This document shows, in pieces, positions 50,005 to 58,973 of a DNA stretch of 64,000 nucleotides. Made by a program: the position numbers and the translations under genes. Origin of the DNA: SAR202 cluster bacterium (GTDB taxonomy: Bacteria > Chloroflexota > Dehalococcoidia > Lucifugimonadales > GCA-2719675); the NCBI GenBank assembly GCA_009392295.1, contig VFGW01000017.1:59933-123932 (forward strand). The letters are read 5' to 3'. The stretch's first letter is position 1. Each line of letters opens with the position of its first letter. A model generated the notes under the pieces. It had not been told where the DNA came from and did not search any database. It was given only the letters and a program-made list of their open reading frames with translations.

Positions 50005-50820
50005 ATGTCTATAAAAACTGCAGTTATTCCTGTTGCTGGATACGGGACACGATTTTTCCCAGCTTCTAGAGTAATTCCAAAAGCTTTATTGCCAATTTTT
50101 GATACTCCTGGAATTCAATTTGTAGTAGAAGAGGCCATAAATTCTGGCATTCAAAAGTTGATATTTGTGATTTCTAGTGATCAAGACTTAATTAGACAGT
50201 ATTTTTCAGAATCCAATAAAATTGATGAGGTTTTAAAGAAAAAAGGCATGTCTGAAAAAGTAGAAAATTTTTCACATAGTTTTAAAAACCTAGAAATTAA
50301 ATATGTTAATCAAGAAGAACAAAATGGGCTCGGCGATGCTATTTTGCAAGTGAAAAATATTGTAAATGAAGATTTTTTTACTGTTATGTTACCTGATGAT
50401 ATTATCTTTAACCCGAAGCCATTTTTAAAAGATATGATCAATTCATTTGAGGGATCTACAGGTTGTTATATAGCGCTTAAAAAAGTTTCCGATCAAATGA
50501 TACCTAATTTAGGGATTGTTGATGCAAAAAGGATAAAGTCTAATCTGTATTCTGTAAATTCTTTGATTGAGAAACCTTCTTTAGAACAAGCGCCATCTAA
50601 TTTGTCGATAATGGGTAGATATATTTTGCCAAATGAAATTTTTCATAATTTAGAAAATATTGATTTTGGAGCTAATGGCGAAAAACAATTGACGGATGCT
50701 TTAAATTTCATTCTACCTAATTCTAATTTGTTTGGATTTGAATTTTTTGGTAATCATTTTGATATTGGCACTCCTCAAGGTCTATTAGATGCATCAAATT
50801 ATTATTTATTAAATCATTGA
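50005..50820 (+). CDS. galU: UTP--glucose-1-phosphate uridylyltransferase
   Basis: AVIPVAGYGTRFFPASRVIPKALLPI N-terminus, and LGDA and MLPDD motifs. Confidence 0.85.
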   Translation: MSIKTAVIPVAGYGTRFFPASRVIPKALLPIFDTPGIQFVVEEAINSGIQKLIFVISSDQDLIRQYFSESNKIDEVLKKKGMSEKVENFSHSFKNLEIKYVNQEEQNGLGDAILQVKNIVNEDFFTVMLPDDIIFNPKPFLKDMINSFEGSTGCYIALKKVSDQMIPNLGIVDAKRIKSNLYSVNSLIEKPSLEQAPSNLSIMGRYILPNEIFHNLENIDFGANGEKQLTDALNFILPNSNLFGFEFFGNHFDIGTPQGLLDASNYYLLNH

Positions 50821-50938
50821 TTCGTTGATTTTATATTTTTTGATAAGTTTGTTTGTTATAGTAATTGTTGAAAATTAGAATAAACTATAATTAAAGATAT
50901 AATGTAGATTGTGTTTTTACAAACTGAAAGGAAAATAA

Positions 50939-51955
50939 ATGGTTGCACGAATAGGAATTAATGGTTTCGGAAGGATAGGCAGGCAAGTACTTAGAGCCAC
51001 TATCGAGAGACATCCAAATGATTTGCAAGTTGTTGCTGTTAATGATTTAGGTAGTACGTCTGCAAATGCCCATTTATTTAAATATGATAGTAATTATGGA
51101 ATTTACCCCGGGGATGTTGAGCAGACAGAAGATTCAATTATAATTGATGGCTCTTCTATAAAGATATTTTCTGAGCGAGAACCTTCTAAAATTGATTGGG
51201 GGGATCAAGGAGTTGATATTGTTGTAGAGTCAACAGGATTTTTTACAGATGGTTCGGCTGCTGCAGGGCATTTAAAAGGAGGTGCAAAAAAAGTTATTAT
51301 TTCAGCTCCGGCAAAAGGTGAAGATATTACGGTTGTATTAGGGGTTAATCAGGGCTCATATATTGCTGATAAACATAACGTTGTATCAAATGCATCATGT
51401 ACAACAAACTGTATTGCAACTATGGCTAAGGTAATTCATGATGAATTTGGTGTTGAAGAGGGATTTATGACTACTATACATTCTTATACTGGAGATCAAC
51501 AGATATTAGATAGAATGCATGAAGATCTTAGGCGCGCAAGAAATGCAGCAACTAATATCATTCCAACTACTACAGGTGCAGCTAAAGCAGTTGGTTTAGT
51601 CTTACCTGATTTGAACGGAAAAATTGATGGTATGTCGTTTAGAGTTCCTACAGCTACTGTTTCAGTAACTGATTTTGTGGCAAAATTAAAGAAGAACGCT
51701 TCGGTAGATGAAATTAATAATTCTTACCAAAAAGCTTCTAATGATAATCTTAGTGGTATTTTAGATTATACCGGTGATCCTTTAGTTAGTTCAGATTTCA
51801 GGAAAAATTATCACAGTAGTGTAATTGATGGACAATCAACAATGGCTATTGGAGGTCAATTTGTAAAGGTAGTAGGATGGTATGATAACGAATGGGGTTA
51901 TAGTTGCAGAACCTCTGATTTAGCTAAATTTATTTCCGAACAAGGATTCAATTGA
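50939..51955 (+). CDS. gap: type I glyceraldehyde-3-phosphate dehydrogenase
   Basis: INGFGRIGR, the active site SNASCTTNC, and WYDNEWGYS. Confidence 0.95.
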   Translation: MVARIGINGFGRIGRQVLRATIERHPNDLQVVAVNDLGSTSANAHLFKYDSNYGIYPGDVEQTEDSIIIDGSSIKIFSEREPSKIDWGDQGVDIVVESTGFFTDGSAAAGHLKGGAKKVIISAPAKGEDITVVLGVNQGSYIADKHNVVSNASCTTNCIATMAKVIHDEFGVEEGFMTTIHSYTGDQQILDRMHEDLRRARNAATNIIPTTTGAAKAVGLVLPDLNGKIDGMSFRVPTATVSVTDFVAKLKKNASVDEINNSYQKASNDNLSGILDYTGDPLVSSDFRKNYHSSVIDGQSTMAIGGQFVKVVGWYDNEWGYSCRTSDLAKFISEQGFN

Positions 51956-51974
51956 TTTTACTTTCAAGGGGATT

Positions 51975-52727
51975 ATGAAAATTTTTAACGATAAAATAGT
52001 GTTTGTAACAGGTGGATCTAGAGGGATTGGCAAAACTATAGCATTAGAGTTTGCTAGCCTTGGTGCTGATATAGCATTTAATTATTTTAGGCGTGATAAG
52101 CAAGCTTTAGAAACCCAAAATGAGATAGAAAAAAAAGGTGTGAGGTGTTTAAAAATACGATCAAATTTGTCAGATACTACCAAAGTAAAAGGAATGTTTC
52201 AAGAAATCAATAATTATTATGGAAAGTTAGATATTCTGATTAACAATGCTGCTTCAGGTGTACAGAAATCAGCAGCTGAATTAGAAGAAAAGCATTGGGA
52301 TTGGACAATGAATATTAATGCTAAAGCACCGTGGATTTGTTCTATAGAAGCATCAAAACTAATGTCGAGTGGCGGTAGTATTGTCAATATAACTAGCGAA
52401 GGCTCTCGGCATGTTTTACCATACTATTTTTCTGTCGGCACTTCAAAGGCTGCATTAGAGTCTTTAACAAGATATTTGGCTGTTGAATTGTCTCAGAAAA
52501 ATATTTCAGTAAATGCTGTTTCAGGTGGATATATTGAAACCGATGCTCTTGATTCCTTTCCTAATAAAGATTCTATGTTAGAATCTAGTCAAAAGACGTT
52601 GATAGATAGATCCGTAAGTAAAAAAGATGTTGCTGATGCAGTAGTTTTTTTATGTTCTGAAAAAGGCAACGCAATAAGAGGTCAGGTGATAGTTGTAGAT
52701 GGAGGTGCATCTTTAAAAGTTCTGTGA
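51975..52727 (+). CDS. fabL: SDR-family enoyl-ACP reductase, FabL-like
   Basis: 250 aa. VTGGSRGIGK, NNAASGV, EKHWDWTMNINAKAPW, and Y-x3-K in YFSVGTSKAALESLTRYLAVEL closely follow the FabL pattern as I remember it. Confidence 0.7.
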   Translation: MKIFNDKIVFVTGGSRGIGKTIALEFASLGADIAFNYFRRDKQALETQNEIEKKGVRCLKIRSNLSDTTKVKGMFQEINNYYGKLDILINNAASGVQKSAAELEEKHWDWTMNINAKAPWICSIEASKLMSSGGSIVNITSEGSRHVLPYYFSVGTSKAALESLTRYLAVELSQKNISVNAVSGGYIETDALDSFPNKDSMLESSQKTLIDRSVSKKDVADAVVFLCSEKGNAIRGQVIVVDGGASLKVL

Positions 52728-52745
52728 TTGATATTCGATTGAAAA

Positions 52746-53009
52746 TCATTTCAATTTAGATTTTAGAGCTGCTCTCATTTCTTTGACCCTATTTAAATCA
52801 GGGTGTTTGTTATCTTCTAGGCTTTTATCGTAAATTACATCGCCATCAGCTATAACTTTCAAAACTCCACTTTCACCAGGTGTCAACGTTAGGGCAATTC
52901 CATTGCCGCATTCAGCAAAAAATTCATTAGCCATCCAGGCTGCTTCAGCATGGAAACTTCAGGGTACGCAATAGATAATTTCTACATGTAGTTTGTTTTC
53001 TAAAGACAT
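52746..53009 (-). CDS. SelW/Rdx-family selenoprotein (87 aa, in-frame UGA = Sec at codon 17)
   Basis: From ATG 53009 (GGAG 7 nt upstream) the product reads MSLENKLHVEIIYCVP-U-SFHAEAAWMANEFFAECGNGIALTLTPGESGVLKVIADGDVIYDKS...FPD-like tail. The CVPU motif sits at the family's CxxC/CxxU position. The track reports only the 62 aa after the UGA. Confidence 0.7.
52959..52961 (-). other. putative selenocysteine UGA codon
   Basis: TGA on the minus strand (tca on plus), two residues after Cys14. There is family-like sequence on both sides. Confidence 0.65.
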
Positions 53010-53178
53010 AATAACTCCGTAATTATTTGAGCGATTTGAATTAATCAAATGAGATTAGCATTGGTTAATATGGATGTCAATCGAATTAGTATCGTGAGTT
53101 GTTTGCAATTTAAGTGTAAAATAGAAAGATATCAAGATTAGATTTTTTAAAAATTATAAGATATAGAGTTTACAGAAT

Positions 53179-53802
53179 ATGGAAAAAGTGAAGATTGATA
53201 TATTTGCTGATTATGCATGTCCTTTTGTTTTTAATACTTATATATGGTTAAGAAAAATTAAGAATCATTATGGAGGCAATTTAGAAATAAATTGGAGAAG
53301 TTTTTTATTAGGCATAAAAGATAAAGAAAACTTTAATTGGAAAGACTCTGAAACATTGAGTTCAAATAGATCTTTATTGTCTTTAATTGCAGGTAAAGCT
53401 GCTAAAAAACAAGGAGATGAGGTGTTTGAAAGGTATCATGATAAATTATTAATTTCTCGTCATAGACAAACAGATAGGATTCATTTAAATGATAAATCAA
53501 CTTTAATTAGATTAGCTGATGAATGTGAATTAAATGTAGAACAATTTGAGCTTGACTTAAATAATGAAAATATAATTGATGAAGTGTCTAATGATTATAA
53601 TGAAGGTTTAAAAATTGGTGTTTTTGGAACGCCAACTTTTGTGTTTGAAAATGGAAATTCTATTTATTTAAAAACTTTTATTCCGCCAGAACAAGATATG
53701 ATTAAGAGCTTCGAATATTTTTTGTTAATTTCTAAAAACTGCTCATTTATTGGTGAAATGAAGCGACCTCAGCCGCCATGGCCCAGTGGTTATAATGTTT
53801 AA
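53179..53802 (+). CDS. DsbA-like thioredoxin-fold protein with single-Cys CPFV motif
   Basis: IDIFADYACPFVFNTY sits at the position of the DsbA-family CxxC (second Cys replaced by Val). The later GVFGTPTFVF is the cis-Pro loop region. Confidence 0.6.
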   Translation: MEKVKIDIFADYACPFVFNTYIWLRKIKNHYGGNLEINWRSFLLGIKDKENFNWKDSETLSSNRSLLSLIAGKAAKKQGDEVFERYHDKLLISRHRQTDRIHLNDKSTLIRLADECELNVEQFELDLNNENIIDEVSNDYNEGLKIGVFGTPTFVFENGNSIYLKTFIPPEQDMIKSFEYFLLISKNCSFIGEMKRPQPPWPSGYNV

Positions 53803-54514
53803 TTTAAAACAGATCAGAAAATTCCAAGATATATTTGGAATTAAATTTAATAATCAAGATTTATTAGTCACAGCATTAACACATTCATCTTTTATTAATG
53901 ATTTTTATCAGGGCAATGATAAGGGTATAGAATCTAATGAAACCCTTGAATTTTTAGGAGATTCTGTGATTGGAATGATAGTATCTAAACTTATTTATGA
54001 TATGTTCCCTAAATGGGAGGAAGGTTCTTTGACTAAAGCTAGGGCTTTAATTGTAAGTGGCGATAATTTAGCAAAATTATCAAATCAATTTCGATTGTCC
54101 AATTATATATATTTGGGTAAAGGTGAAGAAAAAAATGGAGGCAGGACTAGAACTAGTAATTTGGCAAATGCTTTCGAAGCTTTGATTGGTGCATTGTTTA
54201 TTGATCAGGGGTATGGAGTTTGCTTTGATGTTATTAAAAATGCTATTAAAGAGGATCTAATATATCTTCAAAAGCAATCAGATGCGGATGAAAATTTTGG
54301 AAATTATAAGGGGATTTTGCAGGAAAAATTATTGTCTAAGAAATTAGAATTACCTATTTATAAAATCATTTCTGTAACAGGACCTGATCATAATCCTACT
54401 TTTGTTGTAAAGGTTTATATTAACGAAGAATGTTGTGGTTTAGGAGAAGGAAGAACTAAGTTAATTGCCGAACAAAATGCTGCATTAAATGTTTTGCAGG
54501 AATCTAAAATTTAA
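53795..54514 (+). CDS. rnc: ribonuclease III
   Basis: NETLEFLGDSV signature and a C-terminal dsRBD (GPDHNPTFVVKV). ATG 53795 overlaps the previous stop as ATGTTTAA; the track start is 53786. Confidence 0.9.
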   Translation: MFNLKQIRKFQDIFGIKFNNQDLLVTALTHSSFINDFYQGNDKGIESNETLEFLGDSVIGMIVSKLIYDMFPKWEEGSLTKARALIVSGDNLAKLSNQFRLSNYIYLGKGEEKNGGRTRTSNLANAFEALIGALFIDQGYGVCFDVIKNAIKEDLIYLQKQSDADENFGNYKGILQEKLLSKKLELPIYKIISVTGPDHNPTFVVKVYINEECCGLGEGRTKLIAEQNAALNVLQESKI

Positions 54515-54520
54515 GGTTTT

Positions 54521-56071
54521 TTAATTTACCAAGAAGTGATTTTCAAGATATTTTATATCTAGTTCAGGATATAAAGGAAATTGTTCCAGCAAATTTGTGA
54601 CATTAACTTTAGCTTGTTGAAGAGCTTCTTCATTTAGACTAAATTTTGCTTTTGATAATTGACCAGATCTAGCACCCTTTTTGATAGTTTCAGGTGTAGT
54701 ATTTTCCAATACAATTTTTAAGGTTTCAGCAATTATTTTCATTTCACTAGGACCCATTCCAAGTGAAGTTACTGCAGGGGTTCCCAACCTTAGGCCGCTT
54801 GTGTACCAAGGGCCATTTTTGTCAAAAGGGAGTGAATTTCGGTTAAGTGTAATTTTTGCGCTTCTAATTGCTGATTCAGCTTGTCGTCCAGTTAGGTTGA
54901 GTTGAGACACATCAATTAAAAGTAAGTGATTATCAGTTCCCCCAGTCAAAACTTCTAGACCTTGGTTGATACAATTTTCAGCTAAAGAAGATGCATTGCT
55001 AATGATATTTTTTGTATAAGTTTCGAATTCTTTAGATTGAGCTTCTTTAAATGCTAAAGCTTTAGATAGCATTACATGAGGTAATGGTCCCCCCATTACC
55101 ATAGGACACCCTTTGTTAACTTGATCAGAAAATTCTGAAGTAGATAGAACCATTCCACCCCTAGGGCCTCTTAATGTTTTGTGAGTGGTAGAGGTGATTA
55201 CATCAGCAAAAGGTACAGGGTTAAAATCCCCCGAGAATGCTTTTCCTGCAACTAATCCTGAAAAGTGAGCCATGTCAACCATAAGTACAGCTCCAATTTC
55301 ATCAGCTATTTCTTTAAAAATCCTGAAGTTAATTTTTCTTGGATAAGCACTATATCCAGCTAATAGAATTAATGGTTGAAATTTTTTAGCTTTATCTCTA
55401 ATCACATCGTAATCAATCAACATAGTTTTTTGATCGACATCATAAGATTCAACATTGAACATTCTTGAAGAAACATTGTGTCTGTATCCGTGTGTTAAAT
55501 GACCCCCAGAGTAGTAATTCATTCCTAATAATTTTTGTTCGCCAAAAGCTTTTCGTAACTCAGACCATTCATTTCCTGAAAGTTGAGACACATCTTTTTT
55601 ATCTGTTTTTGACAAAAAAGGATCTTGAATTTTTTGGTTTAATATAGACCAAAAAGCAATTAAGTTTGCGTCGGCACCGGAATGAGGTTGTACGTATGCA
55701 TTTTCTGAATTAAAAAGCTCACAAGCTGATTGAGCCGCCATATTTTCAATTTCATCAACATTGTCACATCCAGCATAAAATCTATGGAATGGAAATCCTT
55801 CAGCATATTTATCAGTGAATAGATTTCCCATTGACAACTGTACAGCTAGAGAAGAAAAATTTTCACTGGCAATCATTTTTAAATTATTTTTTTGATCTGA
55901 AAGTTCTTTTACTATAGACCTTGCAATTTCTGGAGAGATAGAATTAATATGATCAATCATAGATATATATGATATTGCTCCGGAATTAAGTTTCGATTTT
56001 GAAACAGAAGAATTTTCCAAATAATTTGTAATGAAATGATTTTGATTCATTTTTTTAAATAAAACACTCAA
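54521..56071 (-). CDS. glyA: serine hydroxymethyltransferase (long form; true start may be ATG 55960)
   Basis: MIASENFSS, GGHLTHG, and the PLP-Lys motif TSTTHKTLRGPRGG. The track ORF is 516 aa. An internal Met (MIDHINSISPEI) gives a more typical N-terminus. Confidence 0.9.
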   Translation of the reverse strand: MSVLFKKMNQNHFITNYLENSSVSKSKLNSGAISYISMIDHINSISPEIARSIVKELSDQKNNLKMIASENFSSLAVQLSMGNLFTDKYAEGFPFHRFYAGCDNVDEIENMAAQSACELFNSENAYVQPHSGADANLIAFWSILNQKIQDPFLSKTDKKDVSQLSGNEWSELRKAFGEQKLLGMNYYSGGHLTHGYRHNVSSRMFNVESYDVDQKTMLIDYDVIRDKAKKFQPLILLAGYSAYPRKINFRIFKEIADEIGAVLMVDMAHFSGLVAGKAFSGDFNPVPFADVITSTTHKTLRGPRGGMVLSTSEFSDQVNKGCPMVMGGPLPHVMLSKALAFKEAQSKEFETYTKNIISNASSLAENCINQGLEVLTGGTDNHLLLIDVSQLNLTGRQAESAIRSAKITLNRNSLPFDKNGPWYTSGLRLGTPAVTSLGMGPSEMKIIAETLKIVLENTTPETIKKGARSGQLSKAKFSLNEEALQQAKVNVTNLLEQFPLYPELDIKYLENHFLVN

Positions 56072-56186
56072 TTTTTGAAATTTAATATGTCAATTGGCAC
56101 GATATATCAATTGTATTGAAATTCTAGGGGATTAGTAAGTAAAAAATATAGGTATAATTCTAATATTTTTGAAATTTACGATATAA

Positions 56187-56786
56187 TTGTATTGTAGCTT
56201 AAAGTACGGAGATGTATTCTTTTTGGTTGATCAAGCAAAAATTAAAAAATTATTTCGTGAGATTATTTCTTCAATTGGTGAAAATCCAGATCGAGATGGA
56301 TTACTTAAAACTCCTGAAAGATTAGCTGTTTTATATGAGGAATTATTTTCAGGATTAAAACAAAATCCTGATGAAGTGTTAAATCAATCTTTTGATGAGC
56401 CTAAAAATAGTGATATGGTAGGTATCGTAGGTATTCCATTTTATTCTATTTGTGAGCACCATTTTTTGCCTTTTTGGGGCAACGTTGATGTAGCTTATAT
56501 TCCTACGAATAAAATTGCAGGAATTAGCAAAGTAGTTAAAGTAGTAGAAATATTATCTAAGCGACCTCAATTACAAGAAAGATTAGGGACTCAAATTGCT
56601 AATTGTATTTCAAATACTTTATCGCCTGCTGGGGTAGGAGTTAGGGTAGAAGCTGAGCATATGTGTATGTCCATGAGGGGTATTAAAAAACCTGGTACTA
56701 AAGTGGTTACTTTTAATAAATTTGGTTTGATTAATGAACAGGAATCTGCGCAATTAGAATTTTATGAAATATTGAGGGAAAAATAA
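56187..56786 (+). CDS. folE: GTP cyclohydrolase I (FolE type)
   Basis: GLLKTPERLA, the zinc site SICEHHFLPF, and EAEHMCMSMRG. TTG start; the exact start is uncertain. Confidence 0.85.
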   Translation: MYCSLKYGDVFFLVDQAKIKKLFREIISSIGENPDRDGLLKTPERLAVLYEELFSGLKQNPDEVLNQSFDEPKNSDMVGIVGIPFYSICEHHFLPFWGNVDVAYIPTNKIAGISKVVKVVEILSKRPQLQERLGTQIANCISNTLSPAGVGVRVEAEHMCMSMRGIKKPGTKVVTFNKFGLINEQESAQLEFYEILREK

Positions 56787-56787
56787 T

Positions 56788-57753
56788 TTGAACATTGTTG
56801 TTTTTGATCATTTTGATAAAATTTATGCTGACTGGGAAAAATTAATTGAAAACGTAGATAATTCGCCTTTTATTTCTCCGTTTTGGCAAAAGTTATGGTG
56901 GGAGCATTTTGGTGAAGGAGATTTGTATATTGCGAAGATTGTTGATGATAAAGATATTATTGGGATTGCACCATTATATTTGAACGGGAATGTTGCTAGG
57001 TTTATTGGTGGTACAGATCTTTTTGATTATCAAGATTTAATATTTTTAAAAGGGTATGAAGAATTAGGCGTTAAGGCATTTTTAAATCATATTTCCAAAC
57101 TATATTGGGATAAAATTGAATTAGTATCAATTCCAGAGGATTCGTTAAATTTAGATTTATTGAAACGTTTTAGTGAAGATTATGGGTTTATATTTGAGGA
57201 CACCAATTTAGAAACATCGCCTGGAGAATATTTGCCAGGGACATGGGAGGAATATATTTCTTCACTTTCGAAAAAAAATAGACATGAGCTCAGGAGAAAA
57301 TTAAAAAGAATTGATAGTCACGGGTATAAGTTTTATAAATCTAGCAAATTAGATATATTAAATTCTTTGCCGGATTTTTTTAGATTGCATAAATTAAGTA
57401 GCGATGACAAATCAGAGTTCATGACATTGGAAAGGGAACAATTTTTCACTGAAATTGCAATTCATCATATAGAGAAAAACCAGATGAATCTTTCTTTTTT
57501 AGAGATGTCGGGAATAAGAGTTGCTACAAGTTTTTGTTTTGATTATGGAAGCGCTACCTATTTATATAATAGTGGTTTTGATAGAAATTTTTCATCATTT
57601 AGTGTTGGATTGATATGCAATGCATTGGTGATTCAGTCTTCTATTCAGGAAGGTAAAAATTATTTTGATTTTCTTCGAGGTGATGAAAGATATAAATATC
57701 ATCTTGGAGGAGTTGATAAATCTGTTAGAAAAATTGTTTTGCATAAAAAGTAA
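56788..57753 (+). CDS. CelD/BioF2-like (FemAB-related) GNAT-fold acyltransferase
   Basis: 321 aa. The C-terminal YFDFLRGDERYKYHLGG matches the CelD-like family hallmark. TTG start 1 nt after the folE stop. Confidence 0.6.
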   Translation: MNIVVFDHFDKIYADWEKLIENVDNSPFISPFWQKLWWEHFGEGDLYIAKIVDDKDIIGIAPLYLNGNVARFIGGTDLFDYQDLIFLKGYEELGVKAFLNHISKLYWDKIELVSIPEDSLNLDLLKRFSEDYGFIFEDTNLETSPGEYLPGTWEEYISSLSKKNRHELRRKLKRIDSHGYKFYKSSKLDILNSLPDFFRLHKLSSDDKSEFMTLEREQFFTEIAIHHIEKNQMNLSFLEMSGIRVATSFCFDYGSATYLYNSGFDRNFSSFSVGLICNALVIQSSIQEGKNYFDFLRGDERYKYHLGGVDKSVRKIVLHKK

Positions 57754-57761
57754 AGGTTAAA

Positions 57762-58955
57762 ATGAAACGTATTGCGATGCTCAGTTTTCATTCTTGTCCT
57801 GTAGGTCGTCTTGGAGACTTAGATGTTGGTGGAATGAATGTTTATGTTTTGATGCTTTCAAAATATTTGGGACGCCTTGGGTTTGCTATAGATATTTTTA
57901 CTCGTAACCATGATGATTGTACTTATTCTAGAATTGGGAATATTGATTCAAATGTTAGAGTGATTCATATAGAAATTGGACAAACAAATATCTCTAAGGT
58001 TGATTTATATGATTATGTAGATCAATTTACAGTGAATGTAAATAATTTTTCTTGTGATAATGGTCTTAATTACCATTTGATTCATTCACACTATTGGTTA
58101 TCTGGATGTGTAGGTGAAAAGTTAAGCGATACCTGGCAAATAAATCATTTATTAAATTTTCATACTACTGCTCAAGCTAAATCACAAGTAAATATAATTG
58201 AAGAGAATCAACAAATTAGAAGTTTAGTAGAAAAAAATCTTTTTTTCTCAGCAGATGCAATAATTACCTCTACCTTACAAGAGGAAGAAGATTTTAAAAA
58301 ATATTTCAAAGGAGAATCACAAAATAGTTATGTGATAATTCCAGGAGTAGACTTGTCAATTTTTCATCCCGTTGACAAGTCATTTGCAAAGGAACAACTT
58401 TTGATTAACGAAGATAATGTTGTTTTATTTGTTGGAAGATTCGACCCAATCAAAGGTATTGATTTTTTAATAGAGTCTTTTTCATTTATTAAACAGCTCG
58501 AACATACAAAATTGCTTATTGTTGGAGGAGATATTAATCAAGGATACACTGAATATTTTTCAAAAATTAAAGATTTGGGGCTGGAAGACAAAGTACGTTT
58601 TGAAGGAAGTGTTAATCAGGATCAATTATATTTATATTATAGTGCATCTGATGTTTATGTTCTTGCATCACATTATGAAAGTTTTGGTTTTACAATTTTG
58701 GAGTCTATGGCTTGTAAAACACCGGTTATATCAACTCGTGTGGGTATTGCCAATGATTTGATTAAAGATGGTCAAACTGGTTTTTTAATTAATAAAAGAT
58801 CACCAAGTGAGTTGTCAAAAAAAATTGAAAATCTTTTGGAAGACGTAGATCTTAATGAAAAAATGGGTTTAAATTCTTATGATTTGGTTAAAGGAATTAA
58901 CTGGTCAAAAATGGCATTGAAATTTTCAGATTTATATCATGACTTTTTCGTTTAG
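57762..58955 (+). CDS. GT4-family (group 1) glycosyltransferase, MshA-like N-terminus
   Basis: GGMNVYVLMLSKYLGRLG near the N-terminus and the E-x7-E region ESFGFTILESMACKTPVI. Confidence 0.8.
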   Translation: MKRIAMLSFHSCPVGRLGDLDVGGMNVYVLMLSKYLGRLGFAIDIFTRNHDDCTYSRIGNIDSNVRVIHIEIGQTNISKVDLYDYVDQFTVNVNNFSCDNGLNYHLIHSHYWLSGCVGEKLSDTWQINHLLNFHTTAQAKSQVNIIEENQQIRSLVEKNLFFSADAIITSTLQEEEDFKKYFKGESQNSYVIIPGVDLSIFHPVDKSFAKEQLLINEDNVVLFVGRFDPIKGIDFLIESFSFIKQLEHTKLLIVGGDINQGYTEYFSKIKDLGLEDKVRFEGSVNQDQLYLYYSASDVYVLASHYESFGFTILESMACKTPVISTRVGIANDLIKDGQTGFLINKRSPSELSKKIENLLEDVDLNEKMGLNSYDLVKGINWSKMALKFSDLYHDFFV

Positions 58956-58973
58956 TGTTTCAAATTTTTTTGT

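Noticed and set aside
56072-56186. Possible THF or ZTP riboswitch in the divergent glyA/folE intergenic region.
   Set aside because: The 115-nt spacer is extremely AT-rich. It shows none of the GC-rich conserved cores I remember for THF or ZTP (pfl) motifs and is too short for two promoters plus a riboswitch. An Infernal scan would settle it.
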